From the human T2T-CHM13v2.0 reference genome, Homo sapiens: a stretch of DNA of 64,000 bases. The stretch lies in NCBI RefSeq assembly GCF_009914755.1, contig NC_060947.1; one strand, written 5' to 3'. Below the pieces are notes generated by a model. The model made no database searches. It was not told the origin of the DNA and worked only from the letters and a program-made list of their open reading frames with translations. The translations under genes were made by a program, and so were the position numbers. Below, piece after piece: positions 1 through 11,638 of this stretch (within the stretch, counting starts at the first letter, position 1; each line of letters starts with the position of its first letter).

Positions 1-219
1 CTGCAATCACTTTATAGTATGACTGTGGGGCCCACAATTAATCAGTTTTAACATAAAACTCCACTGAAGGAGACTCATATTGCTAAAGGTTACTCAAAAA
101 CAAAGGTTAAACTGAGAAGAACTTTATGCTTTAAAAAATGGGCTGGGCCTCTTCATCTTCCTAATTTATTTTTGTTTTTGTTTTCTTTCTATCCTGGAAG
201 TTTTGCACAAAGAAGATCG

Positions 220-1082
220 TGTTGATGAAAAGAGTAAAACTCTGTAAAATATTTGAAAAGATTTATTCTGAGCCAAATATGAGTGACCAATGGCCTGTGA
301 AAACTCTCAGGAGATCCTGAGAATGTGTGCCCCAGGTGGTTGGGTTACAGCTTGGTTTTACACATTTTAAGAAGACATAAGACATCAATCAATACATGTA
401 AGATGTACAACATTGGTTCTGTCCAGAAAGGTGGGTAAACTCGAAGTGGGAGCTTCTAGGTCATATGTAGATTCAAAGATTTTCTGATTGGCAATTGGTT
501 GAAAAGTTACATTATTGTCTAAAGACCAAGAATCAATACAAGAGAATGTCTGTGTTAAGATAAGGGGTTGTGGAGACCAAGGTTCCCATTATGCAGAGGA
601 AGCCTCCAGGTAGCTGGCTTCAGAGAGAATAGATTGTAAATGTTTCTTACTTGAGTTGATTCTCTCCTGGATCAAGAAAAAGGCCTGCACAAGAAAGGGG
701 ATTCTCTTGAGAATGTACATTTCCCCCCACAAGAGACAGCTTTGCAGGACTGTTTCAAAATATGACAAAGAAACACATAGGGTAAAATACTTTTGATTTC
801 TTTCAAGCCTTGCTATCTGTCATGTGATGCTATACTAGAGTTAGGCTGGAAATTGGTGTCTTATTGCCACAGAGTATGTTAGTCTTAAGTTCTGTTCTAA
901 CGTTAAGACTGGTCAGCTGTACACGAATTCCAAAAGGGAGTAGGGAATAATAAGGCATGTCTGACGCCTACTTCCTGTCATGACCTGAATAAGTTTTTCA
1001 GGTTAACTTTGGAATGCCCTTGGCTGAGAGGAGGGATCCATTCAGATAGTTGTGGGGCTTCGAATTTTATTTTTGGTTTACA
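220..1082 (-). mobile_element. Solo LTR, MER4 family (ERV1 class)
   Basis: TG...CA ends; sequence such as GATTTATTCTGAGCCAAATATGAGTGACC and TTTTATTTTTGGTTTACA recognised as reverse-oriented MER4-type LTR. Confidence 0.7.
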
Positions 1083-1860
1083 ATAGCATGAACAAAGCAG
1101 AGGTCTGACAGCTTCGTTCCAGTGAGTGGATATTCTGGAACATTGCTCAGGGTACCATCTTCTTACTCTTCTTTGAGCAGCACTAAATGAAAAGGTCCCC
1201 TTTCACCTTGTAATCAGCAGGAAGTGGGATTCTCTCGAAGATGTTGAAGATGACAAAATAAACTTAAAGGATTGTTCATCTGCTTTTGAGCTAGGGAAGG
1301 TATAACAATATGCTTTCTGGGCCGGGGGGAGGGGAGAAAATGGAGAAGAGCCTCTTTTTGGGCTTAATGAAATTTTTGCTTGTGTTTCTTTTGAAGCAGC
1401 AGGATCTTTGGGGCAGAATAGCTCCTATTCCCCTGTGTCCCCCACAAAAAGGGAGGGCAGTGAACAGAATTTGGAGCATAGTGGAGTGGATCAACGTTCA
1501 GCTGCCACCTTCCCATAAATCCTATGAGTAGCCACCTAGGAAGTTTCTCTTTAGAGTCCAGAATTTGGACTGAACTAGTCAGCATAACTGGAACTCAGCT
1601 TTATCTGGGAATACACTGTTGTCTCACCAGGAATCTGCTTCACCCCTTCTTGCACATATTTGTGGTCCCTAAAGGGGCAAGGTGGTGAGGATGGCATAAT
1701 GGCAGGGGTAGGGAGGGGGAGTGGAGAAGGATGTATGGGTCAGTGCAAACTCACAATGACGCTTGGTAAACTTCTGTGATGTGCAGGGCCTATTGTTGAT
1801 GGCAAGCCAGGGATGTCATTTCATGAAAGATCTCCTTGTCATTTTGTTTAAATGGCTTTC

Positions 1861-2141
1861 TTTTTTTTTTTTTTTTGATATGGAGTCTCACTCTGTTGCC
1901 CAGGCTGAAGTGCAGTGGTGCGATCTTGGCTCACTGCAACCTCTGCCTCCTGGGTTCAGGCCTCCCGCATAGCTGGGATTACTGGTGCCTGCCACCACAT
2001 CCAGCTAATTTTTTTGTATTTTTGATAGAGACAGGGTTTCACCATCTTGGCTAGGCTGGTCTTGAACTCCTGACCTCCTGATCCACCCGCCTCAGCCTCC
2101 TAAAGTGTTAAGATTACAGGTGTGAGCCACTGCACCTGGCC
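1861..2141 (-). mobile_element. Alu (S-type) with target-site duplication
   Basis: Poly-T then Alu reverse complement; TTAAATGGCTTT on both sides. Confidence 0.92.
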
Positions 2142-2227
2142 TTAAATGGCTTTTTAAAAACAATTTGCACCTATACCCTACTAACCACAATTGGCACACA
2201 AAAACAAATATATTGAGAATTTGCCTC

Positions 2228-2233
2228 TTTATT
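2228..2233 (-). terminator. RHOXF1: Polyadenylation signal of RHOXF1
   Basis: TTTATT (AATAAA on minus) about 120 nt past the stop codon. Confidence 0.75.
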
Positions 2234-2351
2234 GATAACATAAGTGCAGAGGAGATAAGGGTAGCCTGAGCGGCATGGGCAGCCCAGGTGTCAGTGGCAC
2301 CAGAAAAACCCATCTCCAAACTAGCTCCTGAAGAAGGATGGCATTCTAGGG

Positions 2352-2462
2352 CTAGTCCACGACGATGTAGACACAGTCGTCTGGGTCAGCACGTAGTTCA
2401 TTGGCGAGCATTAATTCTCTCTGATGTCGCCTACATCTGGCCCTTTTATTCTTAAACCAAAC
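2352..2462 (-). CDS. RHOXF1: RHOXF1 coding exon 3 (VWFKNKRARCRRHQRELMLANELRADPDDCVYIVVD*), homeodomain helix 3
   Basis: Acceptor ...ctgattgtag|GTTTGGTTTAAGAAT; TAG at 2354-2352; 111 nt; exons sum to 398+46+111=555 nt =184 aa + stop. Confidence 0.96.
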   Translation of the reverse strand, partial: VWFKNKRARCRRHQRELMLANELRADPDDCVYIVVD

Positions 2463-2710
2463 CTACAATCAGAGGGAAAAGGGGATTGGTTTAGTATATT
2501 GAACAGTTAATGTCGTAATAGAAAAACACAGGATGCAACTTTATATGCTATTGAGATTTTAAACTGCATCAGGAAAAGCTATTTCCTCATTGCTAAAATA
2601 CCTTAGGAAAGTTAACAACATAGCCCGTGGCCCTTCAGCTCACCCTTAGTGAGGACCAGCTTTGTGCCAAGTCCTGGAATAAGCTTATTACTTTGTATCT
2701 CTCTTCTCCA

Positions 2711-3051
<341 letters not shown>

Positions 3052-5531
3052 TAATATTCTTTAATGGTTACTTCCAGATATTGGATGCAGTTCTGGCTTA
3101 TGAGTTGTTCCAGGTCCTTGCTGTTTGTTAATTCAATGCCTGGCAACAGGGTAACAAAAGGTGTGCATCTGACAAGTGACCATCAACTATCCAGCTGCCT
3201 CCTGCTCCCTCCTCACTAGGGAGAGTTTCATCTTGTTTGTGGGAGAAGTTCGGCATGGTAAAAAGTGGGCCTAATTTCAAATCATTTTCAGGGGATTGTT
3301 TAAAAAATCCATCTTTAGTATGTAGTAAATAATAGGAAAGAGCGCACTGGAATTTTAGACAGGTTTCCTTCCAGGATGTCTAAGGGATCATTCGTCCTCT
3401 GGCAAGAGAGGCCTGGACACTGCCTTGATATTTTAGCCTGTAGCATTAAGGAAAGTTGAAACCAGCTCGACCCAAATTAACTGAAACTCTCAAAAATCTT
3501 TGCTCACCCAATAGTTTAGGGGAAAGAGGCATACCATTGTCACCAATGCCAAATCTTCGTTCTCCAATCTGCTGCACTCTCCAAACCTTCCTGGGCTCAG
3601 GACAAGGTCAGCTCACTCTGTTTTACCTACAGCTCCAGGATCCTGGACTGGAGGTGCTGTAGCCCAGTAAGGCAGGGCCCCCTAGGCCCTGCTACTCAAC
3701 CAGGAGATCTGAATCCCACCCCCTATTCCTAAGGCAGAAAGGTGGAACCAGCATTTTAGGAAGATGGTTAACATCAATGTGGGGGAAGGGTCACAAATAT
3801 GGCTCCTCCCTAAATATCTGCCAACAATTAAAAAGCAAACAGACAAAAAAAGCCTGTCAGTTAGATGTCACTATCCTCTCAGCAACCTAGTTAACGGAGT
3901 TTATATTGTATTTATTACTTTCAAAAGTTCTCAAACTGCAAATTGTAAGCTGCACAAAGGGCCTTCTTTCTCTACCTGACACGTCTTTTTCACTTTCCCA
4001 GTTAAGGATTTGCAGTATTTCTGCTGCATGAGGCCAGTCTCTAAAAGTCTAAAAGAGCTCATTTTGGGAGCTTTCAAGTGTACCACTGGTCAAATCTCTA
4101 TAAACATAACCAAAGTGTACAGTGGGTTAACTGGTATGTTCTGATACTAGGTCTGCATTCCCAATACTGGTTTCATAAACCAGTTGCATTACATCTGCAA
4201 AAGCTATGGGGAAACTATGTATTACTTTCTTGGGGGAAATTTATGCTGTATAGTTTGGAGATACATGAGAGCATTCTGTCTCTTCCCTTATTTGTATCTT
4301 GTGGCTCATATTCTTTTCAGAGCACTAAGGAGAGAACATTATGTCGACTCAGGGAGGAGAAAAACAACTCACCAAGCCTTGTTTTTCTTTTCCTCTGAGT
4401 TTGCCTTACCAGCTGGAGAAAAGTGATCCCAACCTCTTTTCAACTTCTCCAACCCGAACCAGGTGTGATTGTGAGTCCACCCTTTGCCATTAGGATGCCA
4501 GCACTCAGTAACCCGCTTTGTTAGTTTGCTTTTTTGGACAACCCACTACCAGATCGGCAGTGCATTTCCCTCACTACACTCACACATGCACTCTGCATAA
4601 AAGCTAATAATAAGGTCATCCTGATTTTTGTTTTTTCTTTTTTGGGAAAACATCACTTTGATACTATGTATGGTTTTCTTTGGTCTTAAGTGGTCATCAC
4701 TTGAATCCTATGACCTACTAATTAGTTAACACTGCTTAAAGGAATGAAAAGTATTTGAAATTAACATGGGTGTGAATCTACCCTAAAATGAGGGCCACCT
4801 CTCCAAACAAATTCCAGAAAACCCACCTCTTCAAAAAAGTACCACCAAAAAGAAATATAAATCCTTAGATGGATAGAAATTCCTCAAGAGAACAGTCACT
4901 TAAACATTTAGTAGTTTCATAATGTTGAATTTGTATAGTACATGCATAGTATGTGCAAAGCCTATTTTGACCATATTTCTCTCTAACCTTTTCACCCTTC
5001 TTGGTCAACTGAAATGAATTCAATATTACTCATTTTGTTTGCTTCATTCTTTAGACAATTTTCCAAAGCATACAAACCTTACAAACCTTCCTCAATTTCA
5101 AAATAATGTGACTATTTTAGCAATATTTTCAGGTTGACACATCAAAGTATTTTAGAAAATTAAAACTTAGGGCTGCCACTCTCTATACTGCTTTACCAAT
5201 AACTTAAAAACAAACAAAGAAGGACCAGGGGCTTGGACATATAAGCTATCTTCCCATCAGTCTCAGCTTAACTAAGTATACATTATTTAGTCATGTAATG
5301 TGTTCTGTGGGTGAATTACTCCCTCATCCCAATATTTATAAATTCACTCATTTAGCTAAGTGTTTATGCCTGGCCTTAAATAATTTAGTACACTTGAACC
5401 CTCTTATAACCCTGCTCCTCCCTGCATTAACTTGAATACTTCTAAGGTAAGACTGAACCCCACCATGACTCTACACAGAAATTGTTCCTAAAAGATACCA
5501 GCGTTAGAAGGAGTTGAATTTTATTTATTGG

Positions 5532-5692
5532 ATACATACATATATGTATAATATATAATACACATATGTGTATTATACATTATCATACATATATGTATTA
5601 TATATTACACATATATGTATAATATATAATACACATATGTATTATATATAATACATATATGTATAATATATGTGTTTCATATGTATGTATTT
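5532..5692. repeat. (TA)/(CATA)-rich microsatellite in RHOXF1 intron 2
   Basis: Directly visible low-complexity TA/CA run. Confidence 0.9.
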
Positions 5693-5980
5693 GTTTAATT
5701 TTGTATACAGATTAGGAGAAGCAGTTTTTGTTTTGTTTTTCCTTTAGGAAATCATATTCCCTAATTGGAATGGGAAAGAGGAAAGAACCATAAGCTGGAG
5801 CTTACTTCCTTTTCTACCGACAAGGAACCCAAACTTCAAAACTTATTTGTCAACATAAAAAAGACAATAATAAAAACAACAACTTTAGAACGTTCAGGAC
5901 AAAGCCTTCAAAGCCTTCAATGCCCTGAAGCAGGTTTTAGAATGGCTGTCCTCTCAAATTGCTTTTTCAAGTGTACTGAC

Positions 5981-6026
5981 CCGCACTTTGTCTTCAGTCA
6001 CACCTAAGTTTTCGGCAAGTTCCCTT
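5981..6026 (-). CDS. RHOXF1: RHOXF1 coding exon 2 (46 nt, (R)RELAENLGVTEDKVR), homeodomain helix 2
   Basis: acag|AAGGGAACTTGCC...GTGCGG|gtcagt; the 46-nt homeobox mini-exon typical of RHOX/ESX1/ARX-type genes. Confidence 0.96.
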
Positions 6027-6230
6027 CTGTGGAGAGAAGATCACACATGGTTAGTATTCAAAGTTGTGGATGAAATGAAATATATAGTATGTACTATTTA
6101 CTTCATGCTTGTTTTACAATTTATAATCTCCCCTCACACCTCCCCCAAGTATATACTTTTCTCTAATTCCCAGCTCCATGGTTGCTTTAGAAATGGTTTA
6201 CCCTCATCACGAAATTTAAGGTGACGTTAA

Positions 6231-6871
<641 letters not shown>

Positions 6872-6920
6872 CTAATGCACTATTTTAATAAATAACAATT
6901 AATGCAAAAATCTGTGATGA

Positions 6921-7498
6921 GGACCAGGCACTGTGGCTCAGGCCTGTAATCCCAGCAGTTTGGGAGGCCGAGGCAGGCAAATTGCTTGAGCCCAGGAGTT
7001 TGAGACTAGCCTGGGCAACACGGCGAAACCTTATCTCTACACACAAAAAAAATACAAAAATTAGCCAGGTGTGGTGGCCTGTGCCTGCAGTCCCAGCTAC
7101 TCAGGGGGCTGACACGGGAGGATGGCTTGAACCCAGGAAGCAAATGTTGCAGAGAGCTGAAATCGCACTGCTGCACTCCAACCTGGGCCACAGAGAGAGA
7201 CTCTGTCTCAAGACAAAACAAAAAAACCAGAAAAACAAAAAACCAACCAAACAAACAAAAAAAAACTATGATGAACAAATTATCAAAATTTTAAATAAAG
7301 GAAGGATCTAGCACTGTAGTTGCATGACAGTACCTCATTCTCCTTACCCCAATTTCAATAAAATTTTATTTATAAAAACAGACCACAGCTGGGTGTGGTG
7401 GCTCACTCCTATAATCCCAGCAACTCAGGAGGCTGAGATGGGAGGATTGCTTGGGTGACAGATCCCCCACTCAACAAAAACAACAACAACAACAAAAA
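6921..7498 (+). mobile_element. Alu (about 6921-7264) and Alu monomer fragment (about 7388-7498)
   Basis: Alu consensus similarity, A-rich tails. Confidence 0.85.
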
Positions 7499-7504
7499 CA
7501 GGCC

Positions 7505-8350
7505 ATCATCACAGGTAATAAAAGAAAAAATACATAACTTGGACTATATCAAAATTTAAAACTTCTGTATATCAAAAGATGCAATGAACAGAGTAAAAAG
7601 ACAACTCATAGAATGGAAGGAAATATTTGCAAATCACATCTGATAAGGGGTTAATATCCAGAGTGTATAAAGAACTCCTACAACCCAATAACCAAAAAAA
7701 AAGAAAGAAAGAAAGAAAAAGCCACTCAGATTTTAAAATGGGTAAAGGACTTAAAGAGATATTTCTCCAAAGAAGATATACAAGTGGCCACTAAGCACAT
7801 GAAAGGATGCACAACATCACTAATCATTAGGGAAAAGCAAATCGAAACTACAATGAAGTATCACCTCACACCCATTAGGATGGCTATGTAAAAAACCCCA
7901 GAAAATAACAAGTGTTGGTGAGGATGTGGAGAAACTGGAACCCCCATGTACTGTTGGTGTGCACCTGTATCTATAAAATGGAATATTATTTAGCCTTAAA
8001 AAGGAAGGAAATTCTAATATATGCTGCGATATGGATGAACCTTGAAGACCTTATGCTAAGTGAAATAAGTCAGTGACAAAAATGCAAATACTGTATGATT
8101 CTACTTACATGAGATACCTAGAGTAGTCAAAATCATAGAGACATAAAATAGTAGAATGGTGGTTGCCAAGGGCTGGGGAAAGGGGGAAAAGGGGAGTTGC
8201 TTAACTGGTATAGAGACTTAGCTTGGCAAGATGAGAAGAATTCTAGAGATCTATTGCACAACAATGTGAACATACTTAACACAACTGAACTCTATACTTA
8301 AAAAGTGGTTTGGACGGTAAATTTCATATTTCCGTGTATTTTACCACATC
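7505..8350 (+). mobile_element. Old L1 (L1M-type) ORF2 end/3' UTR fragment
   Basis: L1 hallmarks, e.g. GCAAATCACATCTGATAAGGGGTTAATATCCAGA, ATGGATGAACCTTGAAGAC. Confidence 0.85.
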
Positions 8351-8576
8351 TTTATAAAAGGGAGGCACGGACTAGTTTCCAGGTTTCATTCACATAAACA
8401 TTGCAATAAAACATTTACCTTGATGCCCAGGAGGTAAATATCCCCCTCCACACCAGCACAAAGGCAGGCAAGGACCCCCAGTGGCTTTTTCCTCATGATT
8501 GGGTGGGGCAAGGGAGAGAAAAAGATGCCTCGAAACGAACTTGGAGATCTCGTGGCTCCTGGAGCAGGCCACTTAC

Positions 8577-8974
8577 CTTGTGGGCACATCAGGGTATTGA
8601 GTGTGTCGGAAAACACTTTCCAGCTCCTCCACCTGCAACAGCGTGAACTTCGTGCGCCGAGTTCGTGGCTGCATGTTCTCGGGCTGCGGACCCTCCATGG
8701 CCGCCTGGGCCGGCTCCTCCGGCGGGGGCTGCGGCTGCTGCCGAGGCTCCTGGTTTCCACCGCCGCCCTCGGGGATCATGCCGCCATCGCGGTTCATGCC
8801 GTTCTCGTGGTTCACACCGCCCTCAGGGTTCATATTACCCATGAGGCCTGGAGCTCCTTGGCCAACATGGCCTTCTGCGCTTGATGCTGCCCCCAGCTGA
8901 GGTGTGGGGCTTATTTTTACCTGGTATACACTCAGGCAGTAGAACACGGTGTCGTGGACGAGCGAACGCGCCAT
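8577..8974 (-). CDS. RHOXF1: RHOXF1 coding exon 1 (MARSLVHDTVFY...RTRRTKFTLLQVEELESVFRHTQYPDVPT), Rhox homeobox family member 1 (PEPP1/OTEX)
   Basis: Translation matches the RHOXF1 N-terminus and homeodomain helix 1; Kozak GCCATGG; donor AAG|GTAAGT; CpG-rich. Confidence 0.97.
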
Positions 8975-9119
8975 GGCTGGAGCGCTGCGCCCCTGCACAA
9001 ACTCCGTGGCGTCTGCAGCTGGAGTGGGGGTTAGAGGGTGGAGCTAGTTCCTGTTCTCATGCTTGGTATTGGTTACAGTTGCAATGAGTGGGACTTGCTT
9101 ATGCGCACAAGCAAGAGAG

Positions 9120-9465
9120 GGAATGGAGAGGAGTGGGGGGATGGGAAGTTGGGGGGTGCGGGTGGGGAGTGGGGGTGTTGCAGGTGGGAGTGGGGGGTTG
9201 TGAGTGTGGGGTGGGTTGCAGGTGGGGATGGGGGTGTGGGTGGAGGGTGGGGGGTGCACAGTGAGGGTGGGGGTTGCGGGTGAGGGTAGGGGTTGTGGGT
9301 TGGGGTGGGGGTTGCCGGTGGGGGTACATGGTGGGGGTGGGGGTAGCGGGTGGAGATGGGAGGTGTGGGTGGAGGGTGCGTGGTGGGGGTAGGGGTTGTG
9401 GGTGGGGGTGAGGGGTGTGGTATGGGTCGTGGGTGGGGGTGGCAGTTGAGGGTGGAGTGGGGTGG
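9120..9465. promoter_or_regulatory. G/T-rich (GGGGT-like) low-complexity tract in the RHOXF1 proximal promoter; G-quadruplex potential
   Basis: Dozens of G3-G6 runs on the + strand immediately upstream of exon 1; CCAAT at about 9500. Confidence 0.7.
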
Positions 9466-10221
9466 CCAAAACACAGGGGCAGTGTGGAGAAGAAAAGGGC
9501 CAATAGGAGGCATATATGTATGCAACATGGGGCCCCAGCTTGCAGCTTTGCTGACTACACCCTACTCGGGCCTAGTTATTACCCTGAGGAAAGCTGATTT
9601 GGGGGCTCAGAGGGGAGGTGAGATCTCACGGTGACCATAGGACGCCTTGAGTAAAAGTTTGGAGAATATCTCATGGCCTGACCCTCCATATTTGGCAGCA
9701 TGCACAGGGCGCGGGCTATTAATTAAGCAGAAATGATTGACTGGGGGCTGCTTGTTCAGAGTTCCAGCAAAGGCACTGAAAGCAGAGCTGCCATGCTCTC
9801 TTCAGTGCTGGGATCGGGATCTTGGAGATGGGCATGCAGAGCATTCTGGGTGGTAAGATGTGCTCTGCAAGAAATCTAACGCACCCTTTGAGAAAGTCAA
9901 CACAGAATAAACACGAGGCTGAATCTGTTAGCCTGAGACTGAATATCTTTGGCTATGCAAGAGAAACCTGTACTCATGGCAAAATGGAGTGCTATAAGGA
10001 CAAGCAAAAAATAAATAAATAAATAAAATCGGGGATGGTATAGGAAGAGCACCAGTAAGGGCATACCTGCCAAAAATCTCCAATCTTGGGATGGAGATTT
10101 GGGATTTATGGATATGCAGCTTACTGGATGTGGGGCCACTTCTGCTCCACAGAGCCTTGTAACTACACAGCCTTCCTACCACTGACCCCAATAAGCCCAA
10201 TTACGAAGAAAAACCCTGAAG

Positions 10222-10415
10222 AGCCTGGTGCAGTGGCTCCTGCACTAGTCCCAGCTACTCAGGAGGCTGAGATGGGAGGATCACTTGAACCCAGGAGTTT
10301 GAGGCTGTGGTGAGCTAGAATCACATGGCAGCACTCCAGCCTGGGCAACAGACAGAGGCCCCTTTTCTTTAAAATAAATAATAAAATAAGAAATAAAATG
10401 AAAATGAAAGAAAGG
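10222..10415 (+). mobile_element. Alu monomer (FRAM/FLAM-like)
   Basis: Single-arm Alu similarity with A-rich tail. Confidence 0.75.
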
Positions 10416-11095
10416 AAAGCGCTAAGAGAGTCTGTCATGAGGAAGGGCATGGAGATGTCTTTTGAGGGTGGACAACTCATGAATCCTTAATTTTTCTAGA
10501 GATTGTGTGTGTGCTCTTAAGTGATGTTATATACTTTATTTTGTTTTTTAAAAATATTTTTAAAAATTTTATTTTTAAATGTTCTTTTAAAAACTTTCTG
10601 TATCTATTTATATCTATTGGTTATTTGAGGTTTTTTTGGCAGCATATATAAATATGCAGACCCTTTGAGTCTGTAGCCTACCAAGAGAGATAGCTCTCGT
10701 CTTCATGGTGATTCTGAGCATGGAAAGGCCCTTGCACTTGGCAGCATGACAAGGACTAAGCCACTCGCTCCATTAATTGACTGCCATCCACTGGGCTAAG
10801 TGAGATCCTTGCGTTCTATCCCTAGTGAGAGAAGAGAGAGGAAGAAGAAGAAAAATAGAAAGATAATAAGAAAATAGAAAAAGAAATGAATAAATGTACA
10901 TTGTGGGGAGCAGGAAAGGACTACCAGTAATGGGAGGCATCAGCTAGGAGCACAGATCCGAAGCATGACTCACTGTGTGTCCTAGGACACTGGATGAATC
11001 TATCTGGTTCTCAGCTTCCTCACCTATAAAATGGAGATAACAACAGTGTCTCGATCATAGGGTTTTCATGAGAGTTCAATGAGGCAAGGCATACA

Positions 11096-11638
11096 TGTAA
11101 CTGAACACAGCTCCGACTGCTCACCAGTTGCAAAGTCCAGTGAACAAGAACGACGTCTGGTAGAAAGAAAGTGGCTTTATTCCAGAGCTAGTTGAGGGGA
11201 AGTAGTACAGGCTGCCTTGAGGAAGCCACTAAAGCCTTTGGGGCAGAAGGCAGGAGCTTTGAAAGTGGGGCTTGGCGTGAATGGCATGCAGGGGAGAGGG
11301 CGATGAAGTGCAGAGTCTATGTGACTTGCTTCGGATGTCTTATCTATCAGGTGGTCTGGCTGGCACCGTCACGGGCAGAGCTAGGTTGTAAGTTGAGGCA
11401 ATCTCAATTTGCCTCCTGGTAGGAGAGAGTTCTGGAGGTTCCTGGTTTGCTTTAAGGTTCGGTCTCTGTAACTTCTAAGTAAACATGTAGTTAGATAAGC
11501 TTGCTGTGTAGGGAGTGTCTGGTGGAGAGAAGGTAAAGTTTATAATTGCATTCCCAAAGAGCTAAGTAGGAGGTGTGAGGAAAGGAAAAAGGAAAAAATA
11601 ATTCATTTGATTCTTTAAAAAAGAGGTACTTGGTTATA
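11096..11638 (-). mobile_element. Solo LTR, MER4-group ERV1, same family as the LTRs at 20921 and 29510
   Basis: Visible similarity to 20921-22213 and 29510-30462 (AAAGAAAGTGGCTTTATTCCAGAGCT; GTAAAGTTTATAATTG; GTACTTGGTTA); flanks TACA/TATA resemble a 4-bp TSD. Confidence 0.75.

Noticed and set aside
9038-9634. Pro/Thr/His- and Gly/Val-rich ORFs
   Set aside because: By-products of the low-complexity G/T promoter tract
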